From NCBI GenBank assembly GCA_040904565.1, contig JBBDTI010000067.1:26342-90341 (forward strand): DNA of 64,000 nt, in the 5' to 3' direction. Positions within the stretch are counted from its first letter, which is position 1, and every line of letters begins with the position of its first letter. Shown here piece after piece: positions 38,126 through 47,036 of this stretch. This DNA comes from Rhodothermales bacterium (GTDB taxonomy: Bacteria; Bacteroidota; Rhodothermia; Rhodothermales; VXPQ01). The position numbers were made by a program, and so were the translations under genes. The notes below the pieces were generated by a model that ran no database searches, had not been told where the DNA came from, and saw only the letters and a program-made list of their open reading frames with translations.

Positions 38126-38836
38126 CTATCGCGTATCACGAATGAATTGCAGCAGCGGCCATGCCCTGCGGGCAAAGGAGAGGACGTCGTTGGTGAGGCT
38201 GGTGGACTGCACGGCGGAACGAGGGAGTTCCTCCGTGACCAGGAGAGACGTCCATTTGAGCAGGTCGGCGAGTTCGTGATCCTTATGTTCTGCGAAACCG
38301 CGCGGCATGTTCGTGAGGTCGTCCCCGTGGCTCGTCGGCGTCAATCCCTCCTTCACAAGACGCGCTTCGATGTCCTTCCACAGGGACGGACTCTCGACCA
38401 GCTTATTTCGGAGCGGCCGAAGGCGCTTCACCGGCGGGTTATAGATACCGGCCGCGATGAACATATTTTCGGGCGGTTCGATGTGAAGGTAGACGAGGCC
38501 GTCTTCATCCTGCAGATCCGCATTCACGGTCCACTTGCACGCCACGTGCGTCTGATAGGGCCGTTTGTCGTTGGTGAAGCGGACGTCCCGGTAGATCCGA
38601 AATACGGATTTCCGCGGATCCCCGTGCAGCGTCACGCGCGCGTCGGATTCTATGCTGCGCACCACGTCGACTACGAGGCAGCGCAGCGGCCAGCGGAGCT
38701 CGTCCGTGTAGAGCAGCTTGCGCTCGTTGAACCAGTCTCGATCCTGATGTTCTTCCTTCCGTAGCTCGGTCAGAAAATCGAGACCTTCGTCGCGAATCCC
38801 GGGAAAGGGGGGGAGATCGTTGAGCGCTGTGGCCAT
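38126..38836 (-). CDS. DUF2461 (TIGR02453) family protein
   Basis: FLTEL....RDWF, FRIYRDVRF..DKRPY, YLHIEP, PRGF. Confidence 0.88.
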   Translation of the reverse strand: MATALNDLPPFPGIRDEGLDFLTELRKEEHQDRDWFNERKLLYTDELRWPLRCLVVDVVRSIESDARVTLHGDPRKSVFRIYRDVRFTNDKRPYQTHVACKWTVNADLQDEDGLVYLHIEPPENMFIAAGIYNPPVKRLRPLRNKLVESPSLWKDIEARLVKEGLTPTSHGDDLTNMPRGFAEHKDHELADLLKWTSLLVTEELPRSAVQSTSLTNDVLSFARRAWPLLQFIRDTR

Positions 38837-38959
38837 GGTCGTAGGAGATTGCGGCGGAGACGCGCGGGGGCGGACAGCAGGTCGTGCTGCGGCACCGACA
38901 ATATATCGGAATGAGCTGACGATCACAGCACGATGAAGCGGTGCGGAGAGGCCGGCCGG

Positions 38960-39730
38960 CTAGGTGCCGTCATGGGATGATGACGCGTTTTCCCCGCTCC
39001 ATTCGTCCAGCTGTTCCGCGATCCGCTTACGGACGGTATCGGTCAACGAAGCCGCGTCACTCCCGGTGAGTCCATCCGTCGGTACGGGTGGAAGCACCGT
39101 CAGCCTCACCTGAGTCGATCCGCCGAACATCCAGCTGTGCTTGGGGAGGGCGTCACGGGTGCCGTCGATGACGAGCGGCAACACCGGCACCTGCTCCTTG
39201 ATGGCGAGACGGAAGGGCCCCTCACTGAACGAACGAAGTCCGCCGTGCCGGGAACGCGTGCCTTCGGGGAAGAACATGACGGAGCATCGTGCGCGTAGAT
39301 ACTGGCGCGCCGTCATGAGCGCACGCGCACCGCTGCGCGAATCGCCGCGGTCCAGCACGATGTCGCCGGCGAGCCGCATCAGCCATCCGACGATCGGAAC
39401 GTGGAAGAGCTCGGCCTTGGCGACCCATTTCATCTCCCACGGTAGGCAGCTGATGACGGGAATGTCGGCCAGAGACTGGTGATTGCTGACGACGACGAAC
39501 GGCCGGCGGGGCTCGCTCACGTCGTATCCAGAAATCGTGATGTGCCACGTCGGATTGACCTTCGTGAGCATGCAGCCGAGGCGCCGAAACCACCACCCGG
39601 TTCGATAATGCGCCGGATCGCGATCGAAGAGTCGGACGACGGCCAACAGGGGAAGCCACGCCACGATGAGTATGCTGACGGCGAACCAGGTCCAGGCTGA
39701 TTGAATCATGCGACTTCTTGACACTTTCAT
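38960..39730 (-). CDS. 1-acyl-sn-glycerol-3-phosphate acyltransferase family protein
   Basis: NHQSLAD, AKAELF, FFPEGTRS. Confidence 0.92.
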   Translation of the reverse strand: MKVSRSRMIQSAWTWFAVSILIVAWLPLLAVVRLFDRDPAHYRTGWWFRRLGCMLTKVNPTWHITISGYDVSEPRRPFVVVSNHQSLADIPVISCLPWEMKWVAKAELFHVPIVGWLMRLAGDIVLDRGDSRSGARALMTARQYLRARCSVMFFPEGTRSRHGGLRSFSEGPFRLAIKEQVPVLPLVIDGTRDALPKHSWMFGGSTQVRLTVLPPVPTDGLTGSDAASLTDTVRKRIAEQLDEWSGENASSSHDGT

Positions 39731-40141
39731 ACGTACGACCGTACGCTACGGCAAATATGGCTAAGTCGTGTAACGTTCATCTATGGTTTTTATGAAGATG
39801 CGCGCCTCGGGGCCGGGACGTTCACATACCGTCATGTCGGAAACGGACGCTTTCTACGCGACCACCTCGCACGCATTTTTCGATGCACATCAGTCCGGTA
39901 GAAAAGCCGGCCCAGTGAGCATGAAGCCGGGCCGACTTTTCTCTCGCGTACTTGACCGGCTCAAGCCCGTTGCCCATGATACGGCTTCTGCACACGGTGC
40001 CGATGGAGCGATATCGGGGAATACGTTCGTATATTAATCGGGTATGGGACGGGGTTGCGCGGGGCTTCAAACGATGGATAAAGACGGCCGCCCGTTTCGC
40101 ATCGCAGATATGTGTCGCCATGAAAGGAGAATTGCTACCTT

Positions 40142-42256
40142 ATGCCTTTGCTGAATAAATCCAAGAGACTCAAGAAGGAGCTGGGTCTCTTCGACGTCTA
40201 TGCGATCAGTACGGGAGCTATGTTCAGCTCGGGCTTTTTTCTGCTCCCCGGCCTGGCGGCGGCGCAGTCCGGTCCCTCCGTCATTCTTGCGTATCTCATT
40301 GCAGGCGTTCTGATTATTCCGGCCATGGCAAGCATGGCCGAACTCAGCACGGCCATGCCGCGTGCCGGCGGGGCCTATTATTTTCTGGATCGGAGTCTGG
40401 GCCCACTGATCGGAACGGTGGGAGGGATCGGCACCTTTCTGGCACTGGCTCTGAAGAGTGCCTTTGCGCTTGTGGGAATGGGCGCGTATCTGGCGATCTT
40501 TATTCAGATCCCCATAAAACCGCTCGCCGTTACCCTCACGATCGTCTTCCTCGTAATCAACGTCGTCGGCGCGAAGGAGACGTCAACGCTTCAGCGCGTC
40601 CTGGTGATCGTCCTGATCAGCGTCCTGGCCTTCTTCGTCGTACAGGGACTTTTTGAGATCTTTTCCATCGGTGTAGGTGAACTCGCTGATTCGCAGTTAT
40701 CACCTTTCATGCCGTTCGGCGTAAAGGGGTTGTTCGCGACGGTCGGCATGGTGTTCGTTTCCTACGCCGGCCTGACGAAGGTGGCCAGCGTATCCGAAGA
40801 AGTTCGAAATCCCGATCGGAATCTTCCGCTGGGAATGGGTCTGTCGCTTCTGACGGCTACGTTCATCTACGTCGTCGGCGTCTATATCATGGTGTCCGTT
40901 CTCAACGCGGACGAGCTGCGCGCCGATCTGACACCGGTTGCTACGGCCGGCGAACAGTTTTTTGATTGGCTGCCGGCACCTGGCGGACTCATACTGATCG
41001 TCGTCGCGGCGATTGCTGCGTTTGCATCGACGGGCAATGCTGGACTCATGTCGGCATCCCGGTATCCGCTCGCCATGTCCCGCGATCGTCTGTTGCCCGA
41101 TCGCTTCAAGGTCCTGGGACGATTCGGTACCCCGACGGCCGCCATCATCCTGACGGCCGCGCTCATGATCGTGTGCATCCTGGCGTTGGACGTCGCGGGC
41201 ATCGCGAAGCTGGCGAGCGCCTTTCAGCTCGTCATCTTCATGCTCGTCAATGTGGCCGTGATCGTGATGCGGGAAAGCCGCATCGCTTCATACGTGCCCG
41301 GCTACACGTCGCCGTTCTATCCGTGGATGCAGCTGGCTGGTGTCATCACACCTTTTTTCCTGATCGCGCTGATGGGATGGATGGCCATCCTCTTCACCGT
41401 CGGTGTTACGGCCGTTTCCGTAGTGTGGTATATTAAGTATGCTCGAAACCGTGTGTCGCGCGACGGGGCCATCTACCACTGGTTCGAGCGTCTGGGGACG
41501 CATCGCGATGAAGGGCTGGACACGGAATTGCGGGGCATCCTCAAGGAGAAGGGGCCGCGTGCGGAGGATCCCTTCGAAGAGCTCGTAGCCCGTGCCGGGG
41601 TTCTCGATCTCGACGACGTGAAAGAGTTCGGGGACATCGTCACGCGAGTGGCGCCCCTTTTCGAGCGGTGTCTGCCGATGGATGCCGAGGCCGTCCGGCT
41701 GGAATTCGCGGAGCGTACGGGCACGGGAGTTACGCCGGTCGCACCCGGGATTGCGCTGCCCCACATCCTGCTCGAAGGGATCGATCGCCCCGAGCTGGTC
41801 CTCGTTCGCGTCCAGGCAGGCGTCCCGATCGACTCGCATCCCGGCGCGGACGAGGATGCTGAAAACGTGGCCCGGGCTTTCTTCTTTCTCGTAAGCCCCA
41901 AGGAAGACCCGGGCCTGCATCTGCGCATGCTGGCCCAGATCGCCGGGCGTGCCGACGAAGATGATTTTCTGGACGAATGGCTCGACGCCGCCGATGCGAG
42001 CGAGCTCAAACAGGTCGTCGTTCACGACAAACACTTCATGAGAATCCACATAGAACCTGGCGGTCCGTCCGAATCCATGATCGGTCGTTCACTTCGGGAA
42101 GCAGACATCCCGGACAAATGCCTGGTTGCCGTCGTAAATCGTAATGGGAGTTCGATGATTCCGAGCGGCAGCACGGTCCTGCAGCAGGGTGACGTCCTTA
42201 CTGTGATCGGTGAAGAGGACGCTATCGAGGATGCGCGGCGGATGTACGATGCGTAG
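40142..42256 (+). CDS. APC-family amino acid permease fused to PTS EIIA-like and TrkA-C (RCK_C) domains
   Basis: GAMFSSGFFLLPG, ELSTAMPRAGGAY, SEEVRNPDRNLP; GIALPH and HLRMLAQIA (EIIA); IPSGSTVLQQGDVLTVIG (RCK_C). Confidence 0.9.
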   Translation: MPLLNKSKRLKKELGLFDVYAISTGAMFSSGFFLLPGLAAAQSGPSVILAYLIAGVLIIPAMASMAELSTAMPRAGGAYYFLDRSLGPLIGTVGGIGTFLALALKSAFALVGMGAYLAIFIQIPIKPLAVTLTIVFLVINVVGAKETSTLQRVLVIVLISVLAFFVVQGLFEIFSIGVGELADSQLSPFMPFGVKGLFATVGMVFVSYAGLTKVASVSEEVRNPDRNLPLGMGLSLLTATFIYVVGVYIMVSVLNADELRADLTPVATAGEQFFDWLPAPGGLILIVVAAIAAFASTGNAGLMSASRYPLAMSRDRLLPDRFKVLGRFGTPTAAIILTAALMIVCILALDVAGIAKLASAFQLVIFMLVNVAVIVMRESRIASYVPGYTSPFYPWMQLAGVITPFFLIALMGWMAILFTVGVTAVSVVWYIKYARNRVSRDGAIYHWFERLGTHRDEGLDTELRGILKEKGPRAEDPFEELVARAGVLDLDDVKEFGDIVTRVAPLFERCLPMDAEAVRLEFAERTGTGVTPVAPGIALPHILLEGIDRPELVLVRVQAGVPIDSHPGADEDAENVARAFFFLVSPKEDPGLHLRMLAQIAGRADEDDFLDEWLDAADASELKQVVVHDKHFMRIHIEPGGPSESMIGRSLREADIPDKCLVAVVNRNGSSMIPSGSTVLQQGDVLTVIGEEDAIEDARRMYDA

Positions 42257-42495
42257 GCCTGCATCTCGTGGATGCCCGCGCGGCGCGATACCGACCGATC
42301 CGGGCCGTACGTCGTTGAGGCGATCCGGATGCAATTCACAGGCGCGTCGTGCAGCTCGTCCACTCACCCCTGGGCATTGATCTCGGGGAATGGTAGACTA
42401 CCTTTCCCCCGGGCATGCCGCAGGGCGAAGTATCGAGACGTGTACGCATCCAATTATATAGAAGCAGCACCATGGAGATAGCTGGGAGCCGTGCC

Positions 42496-43295
42496 ATGAA
42501 TCGTGTCATCATTATCTTGCTTGCCGTACTGTGCGTACCGCTTCTGAGCGACGTCTACGCGCAGGATTTCGCGCTCGAGCAACTCGAATCCTCGCCGAGG
42601 CATCACGAATGGGTGAGCGTGGACGCCGGCGATCGATCCGTCCACAGCTTCGTGGCCTATCCGGAAACCGATAGCCCCACGGCCGCCATCGTCGTGATCC
42701 ACGAAAACAGGGGGTTGACGGACTGGGTTCGGAGCTTCGCCGATCAGCTCGCCGCACGTGGGTACATCGCCGTCGCACCGGATTTGCTTTCCGGCTTCGA
42801 TGCCGACCTCGAGCGGACGGCCGAATTTCCCTCTTCCGACGCCGCGCGCGATGCCATCTACCAGCTCGACCCCGATCAGGTGACGGCCGATCTTCAGGCC
42901 GTGCGCGCCTACGCCGAGAATCTTCCTTCGTCGAACGGGACGACGACGGTCATGGGTTTCTGCTGGGGGGGTCGCAGACCTTCCGCTTCGCCACCCATTC
43001 TTCGGACATCGCCGCCGCCATGGTGTTCTACGGGTCTCCGCCCGAATCGGGATTTGAGAGCATCACGGCCCCCGTCTTCGGGTTCTACGGGGAGGACGAC
43101 GAGCGTATCAACTCGACGATCCCCGAGACGGAAGAGATCATGTCCGAGTTGGACAAGATATATGAGTACGAGATCTATGATGGCGCGGGTCACGCGTACA
43201 TGCGCAGCGGCGACGACCCGGAAGGCTCGGCCGCCAATAAAGCGGCACGGGATGCGTCGTGGGAGCGGTTGGAACGGCTGCTCGCCGACCTCTGA
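42496..43295 (+). pseudogene. Dienelactone hydrolase family protein with a 1-bp frameshift in a G7 run (42965-42971); may be a sequencing error
   Basis: VIHENRGL, APDL, GFCWGG in one frame; SQTF...VFYG, YGEDD.R, YDGAGHAY in the next frame; adding one G restores a full ORF. Confidence 0.8.
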
Positions 43296-43489
43296 CCCAT
43301 CGAATCCTCTCCGGCGTCGTTCGTTGACCGGGAGTCCCGTCGGCTGACATGGCTGCAGACTGGCATGGCTGCAGGGTACCATGGGCAGTCCCTCGCAACG
43401 TTCATGCACCCCAGTGACCACATCCGTGCACGATTGCCCGTGCGTGATCCGGGATCGACGGCCATCCCGTGTCGCGCCGGCACGCCGCA

Positions 43490-43580
43490 CCTCTATCGAG
43501 GAATATACCTCGGCGATACGTTCGGTGTATTTCCGGAAAACGTGTTCCTGATCAAACTCAACTATACGTTTCTCTATTGA
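43490..43580 (+). pseudogene. Remnant 3' end of an outer-membrane beta-barrel gene (DUF5916-like)
   Basis: DTFGVFPENVFLIKLNYTFLY* resembles the C-terminal beta-signal strand of such proteins; no matching upstream coding sequence. Confidence 0.45.
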
Positions 43581-43822
43581 TCTTCTGCACTTCCAGAGCT
43601 CGATGTGGTCCGGCGATCGCGGCCAACATCGGTCGACACGGCCGCACTGCGGACATCCGTCGTGTTTAAGAAACTGAAGGTGCCGCAGGCAGGTATGTAT
43701 CGATGTGCCACATCCGGCTGACGCCTGTGTGGGCCGTCCGCCGATCGGACGCGTCGAGATCGGTCTTTCTCGAAAATGATCTGCCGGAAACGTCAACGAC
43801 GCTCGTTCTTAGGGAGTAAACC

Positions 43823-44743
43823 ATGCATCTACGCGAGATATACGGCGGAAGGCGTCTCGCGCTGTACGCCGCGGCCGCCGTCCTCGGTGCAATTTTCATC
43901 GCCGGGTTCTGGAATTACCACCTCGTCGACGGTTTCGGGCGGGACGTGATCGCCGCCCCCGCACTGGGTAACACGTCGGACCTGGCCGGAGCCTATCCCG
44001 ATCGGGGCATGGGCTTCGGCTTTATCTTCGCGGCCATCGCCGGGCTGGCCGCCACCTTCACGGCCTGCAACTGCGTCGTGTTCGCCATGCTGCCCGGACT
44101 CGCCTGCTCCGTCGACTCGAATCGTTCGACGAAGGGCCCATGGATGGCGCTCGGTGCGTTCGTGGCCGGCGTCACCATCGTATGCGGCATCTACGGTGCC
44201 TTTATCGGCTTGCTCGGCTCGGGTGTAGAGCTGCTCAATGCGCGCAGCGTGCGGCTTGCGCAGGCGCGGATCGTTTTCACGGGACTGGGGGTCGCCATGC
44301 TCGTGTGGGGCATGGTGGAGCTTGGATACCTGGATCGCGTCACGAACTGTTTTTCCGAGCGAGTACGCGCATTCTTCGGTAGTATTCAGACGAAGGCGGC
44401 CATCATCGGCGTGTTCGTCGGCCTTTTCGCCGTCGGGCGGCCCTTTCCCGTATTTCGAGAGTTTCTCTCCTATGCGGCGGGAGCGAACAATCCGCTTTAT
44501 GGGGCGAGCGTCATGATGGTTCAAGGCCTCGGGCAGATCCTCGTTATGGTTCTGCTGTTCGTCGTCATGGTCGCTCTCGGCGGTCGGCGCCTCATGGAAT
44601 GGTCGGCCGAAGCGCCACATAAGCCACAGCTCATGAGCGGACTCGCGCTGCTGGCCGGCGGGGCCTTCTTCGTGTTTTACTGGGGCCTTTCGTTCGCAAT
44701 GGATATCGGACGATGGGGATTCAAGTTAGGATGGTATGGATGA
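43823..44743 (+). CDS. Multi-pass membrane protein, CcdA/DsbD-TM-like
   Basis: About 7 TM segments; AATFTACNCVVFAMLPG echoes the CcdA Cys-containing first helix; RBS GGGAG. Confidence 0.7.
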   Translation: MHLREIYGGRRLALYAAAAVLGAIFIAGFWNYHLVDGFGRDVIAAPALGNTSDLAGAYPDRGMGFGFIFAAIAGLAATFTACNCVVFAMLPGLACSVDSNRSTKGPWMALGAFVAGVTIVCGIYGAFIGLLGSGVELLNARSVRLAQARIVFTGLGVAMLVWGMVELGYLDRVTNCFSERVRAFFGSIQTKAAIIGVFVGLFAVGRPFPVFREFLSYAAGANNPLYGASVMMVQGLGQILVMVLLFVVMVALGGRRLMEWSAEAPHKPQLMSGLALLAGGAFFVFYWGLSFAMDIGRWGFKLGWYG

Positions 44744-46076
44744 GGACAACATGCATCAACACACCTACGTAGAGCGGGTCGTCGATCTCCTCGACCCGTC
44801 GCTGAACATCTTTCTGAACACGACGCCGGAAGCAGCCATCGAGGCAGTCGGTTCCGGCGATCTCGAGCGCGTCCGTGCGATAGACGGACAGTTCGCGATC
44901 GCGCATCGCGACGGCAAGACCGTACGTATGGCACGTTCGATCGGCCGTCCCATGCGTTACTTTCTCGCAAAACGGGCGGAAGGCCCCTGTCTCGTGATCG
45001 CCGAGCGGATCGACGAGATCCGGCATTTTCTCGAATCGGAGGGACTCGACGATCAGTTTCATCCGTCCTACACGCGGATGGTCCCGAGCCATCACCTGGT
45101 CGAGCTCGAACTGCTCGGCTGCCCCGATCCGAGTCCGACCTATTCGCGATTTTTCAGTCCGCGGCGCAACGTCCTCGAGGCCGACACCGCGTCCATCGGC
45201 GAAACGTACGTGCGTGCGCTGGCGGGCGCCTGCGACCGGTGGCTGAATACGATTCCGTCGGACGCGCCGATCGGCGTCCTGTTTTCCGGAGGTATCGACA
45301 GCGGGTCGGTATTTCTCGTCCTCTACGATCTGCTGCTGAAGCGCGGCGAATCGCCTTCGCGATTGAAAGCCTTCACGCTTTCTGTTCAAGGGGGGACGGA
45401 CGTCGACCAGGCCTTTTCTTTTCTTGACGCGCTCGATCTAGCCCTATTTCTGGAAGTGATCGAGGTGGATCCGCGGGATGTCGATTACCGCGAGGCCATT
45501 CGAGTCATCGAAGACTATAAGCCCCTCGACGTACAGGCCGCCGCCATGACGCTGGCGCTCTGCAAGGGTATTCGGGAGCGCTATCCCGACTGGACCTATC
45601 TGGTGGATGGGGATGGAGGGGACGAAAACCTGAAAGACTATCCCATCGAGGAGAATCCCGAACTGACCGTTCGGAGCGTGCTGAACAATCTGATGCTCTA
45701 TCAGGAGGGATGGGGGGTCGACGCCGTCAAGCATTCCCTCACCTATTCGGGCGGACAGAGCCGGGGGCACGTGCGCACTTACGCGCCGGCTCGTACACAC
45801 GGCTTCGTCGGTTTCAGTCCATATGCCCTCCCCGAAGTCATCGAGGTCGCGGAGGGTATTCCGTTCGTAGATCTGACGGAATGGGATCACGAGAGGCTGT
45901 ACGCGCTCAAGGGTGAGGTCGTCTGCCAGGGCATTCATGCCGTCACTGGACTCGAAATGCCTGTCTTCGAAAAAGAGCGGTTCCAGCGCGGCGCCGTCGG
46001 GGACGGCCTGTTCGACCGGCTGTTTCCGGACCGAGAAGCCGTGTATCGCAAGACCTTCGCGTCGATCTTTGCCTGA
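44736..46076 (+). CDS. Asparagine synthetase-related ATP pyrophosphatase lacking the N-terminal Cys glutaminase
   Basis: IDGQFA..., RSIGRP, PP-loop FSGGIDS, DGDGGDE; no MCGI N-terminus. Confidence 0.85.
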   Translation: MDEDNMHQHTYVERVVDLLDPSLNIFLNTTPEAAIEAVGSGDLERVRAIDGQFAIAHRDGKTVRMARSIGRPMRYFLAKRAEGPCLVIAERIDEIRHFLESEGLDDQFHPSYTRMVPSHHLVELELLGCPDPSPTYSRFFSPRRNVLEADTASIGETYVRALAGACDRWLNTIPSDAPIGVLFSGGIDSGSVFLVLYDLLLKRGESPSRLKAFTLSVQGGTDVDQAFSFLDALDLALFLEVIEVDPRDVDYREAIRVIEDYKPLDVQAAAMTLALCKGIRERYPDWTYLVDGDGGDENLKDYPIEENPELTVRSVLNNLMLYQEGWGVDAVKHSLTYSGGQSRGHVRTYAPARTHGFVGFSPYALPEVIEVAEGIPFVDLTEWDHERLYALKGEVVCQGIHAVTGLEMPVFEKERFQRGAVGDGLFDRLFPDREAVYRKTFASIFA

Positions 46077-46081
46077 GGCAG

Positions 46082-47032
46082 GTGTTGACCATCCCGGATG
46101 TACAGATCACGGATCAGGATATTCTTTCGGCAAGGCCGCCGAAGGAAGCCGTCGATTCGCAGGTACCGTATGCCTGGCTGACCGAGCGCGAGCGGCGTGC
46201 GGACGGTCACGTCGATGACGTAGCGACCGTCTTCCTCACCAACCGGGAGTGTCCCTTCCGGTGCCTGATGTGTGATCTGTGGAGGCACACGACGGATACC
46301 ACGGTCGCCGTGGGCGACATACCGGCTCAAATCGATCATGCACTGGAGCGACTGCCGCCGGCGCGTCGGATCAAGCTGTACAACAGCGGTAATTTTTTCG
46401 ATAGAAAGGCCATTCCGCCCGCGGACTATTCGGCGATAGCGGAGCGGCTGGAAGCCTTCGAGGCGGTAATCGTCGAGAACCACCCGCGCCTGTGCGGACC
46501 GTCCTGTCTCGAATTCCGCGACCTGCTGTCAGGGCGACTTGAGATTGCGCTGGGCCTGGAGACCGCGCATCCCGAGGTCCTCGAACGGCTCAATAAGCGC
46601 ATGACGCTGGACGATTTTCGCCGGGCCGCGGACTATCTTCTCGACGCCGGCATCGCCGTCCGTACCTTCATTCTCCTCCGCCCGCCCTTTCTGTCGGAAG
46701 CGGAAGGCGTCGATTGGGCGCTTAGATCGATCGAATTCGCGTTCGACGCGGGCGTGACGTGCTGTTCCGTTATTCCGACGCGCTCAGGCAACGGCATCAT
46801 GGACCGGTTGGAACGTGAGGGACCGTTTCGTCCGCCCTCCATGTCGTCCATCGAGACCGTTCTGGAACGGGGCATCGAAATGGGTCGAGAGCGCGTGTTT
46901 ATGGACGTGTGGGACCTGGAACGCTTCTTTGACTGCGGAGAATGTGGACCCGCCCGGCGCGCGCGTCTCGAGCAGATGAACCTCACGCAGCGCATTGTGC
47001 CGCCCGTTCGCTGTTCGTGTGGCGATCGATAA
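46082..47032 (+). CDS. Radical SAM protein, RaSEA/TIGR01210-like
   Basis: CPFRCLMC, KLYNSGNFFD, IVENHP, LEIALGLETA, LLRPPFLSE, C-terminal CGEC...CSC. Confidence 0.88.
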   Translation: MLTIPDVQITDQDILSARPPKEAVDSQVPYAWLTERERRADGHVDDVATVFLTNRECPFRCLMCDLWRHTTDTTVAVGDIPAQIDHALERLPPARRIKLYNSGNFFDRKAIPPADYSAIAERLEAFEAVIVENHPRLCGPSCLEFRDLLSGRLEIALGLETAHPEVLERLNKRMTLDDFRRAADYLLDAGIAVRTFILLRPPFLSEAEGVDWALRSIEFAFDAGVTCCSVIPTRSGNGIMDRLEREGPFRPPSMSSIETVLERGIEMGRERVFMDVWDLERFFDCGECGPARRARLEQMNLTQRIVPPVRCSCGDR

Positions 47033-47036
47033 GGGC

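Noticed and set aside
43703-43819. 38-aa ORF (MCHIRLTPVW...) just upstream of the AsnB/radical SAM/halogenase operon as a RiPP or lasso precursor
   Set aside because: No lasso leader Thr(-2)/Gly core pattern, no RRE or B peptidase nearby, and no clear RBS. It cannot be supported.
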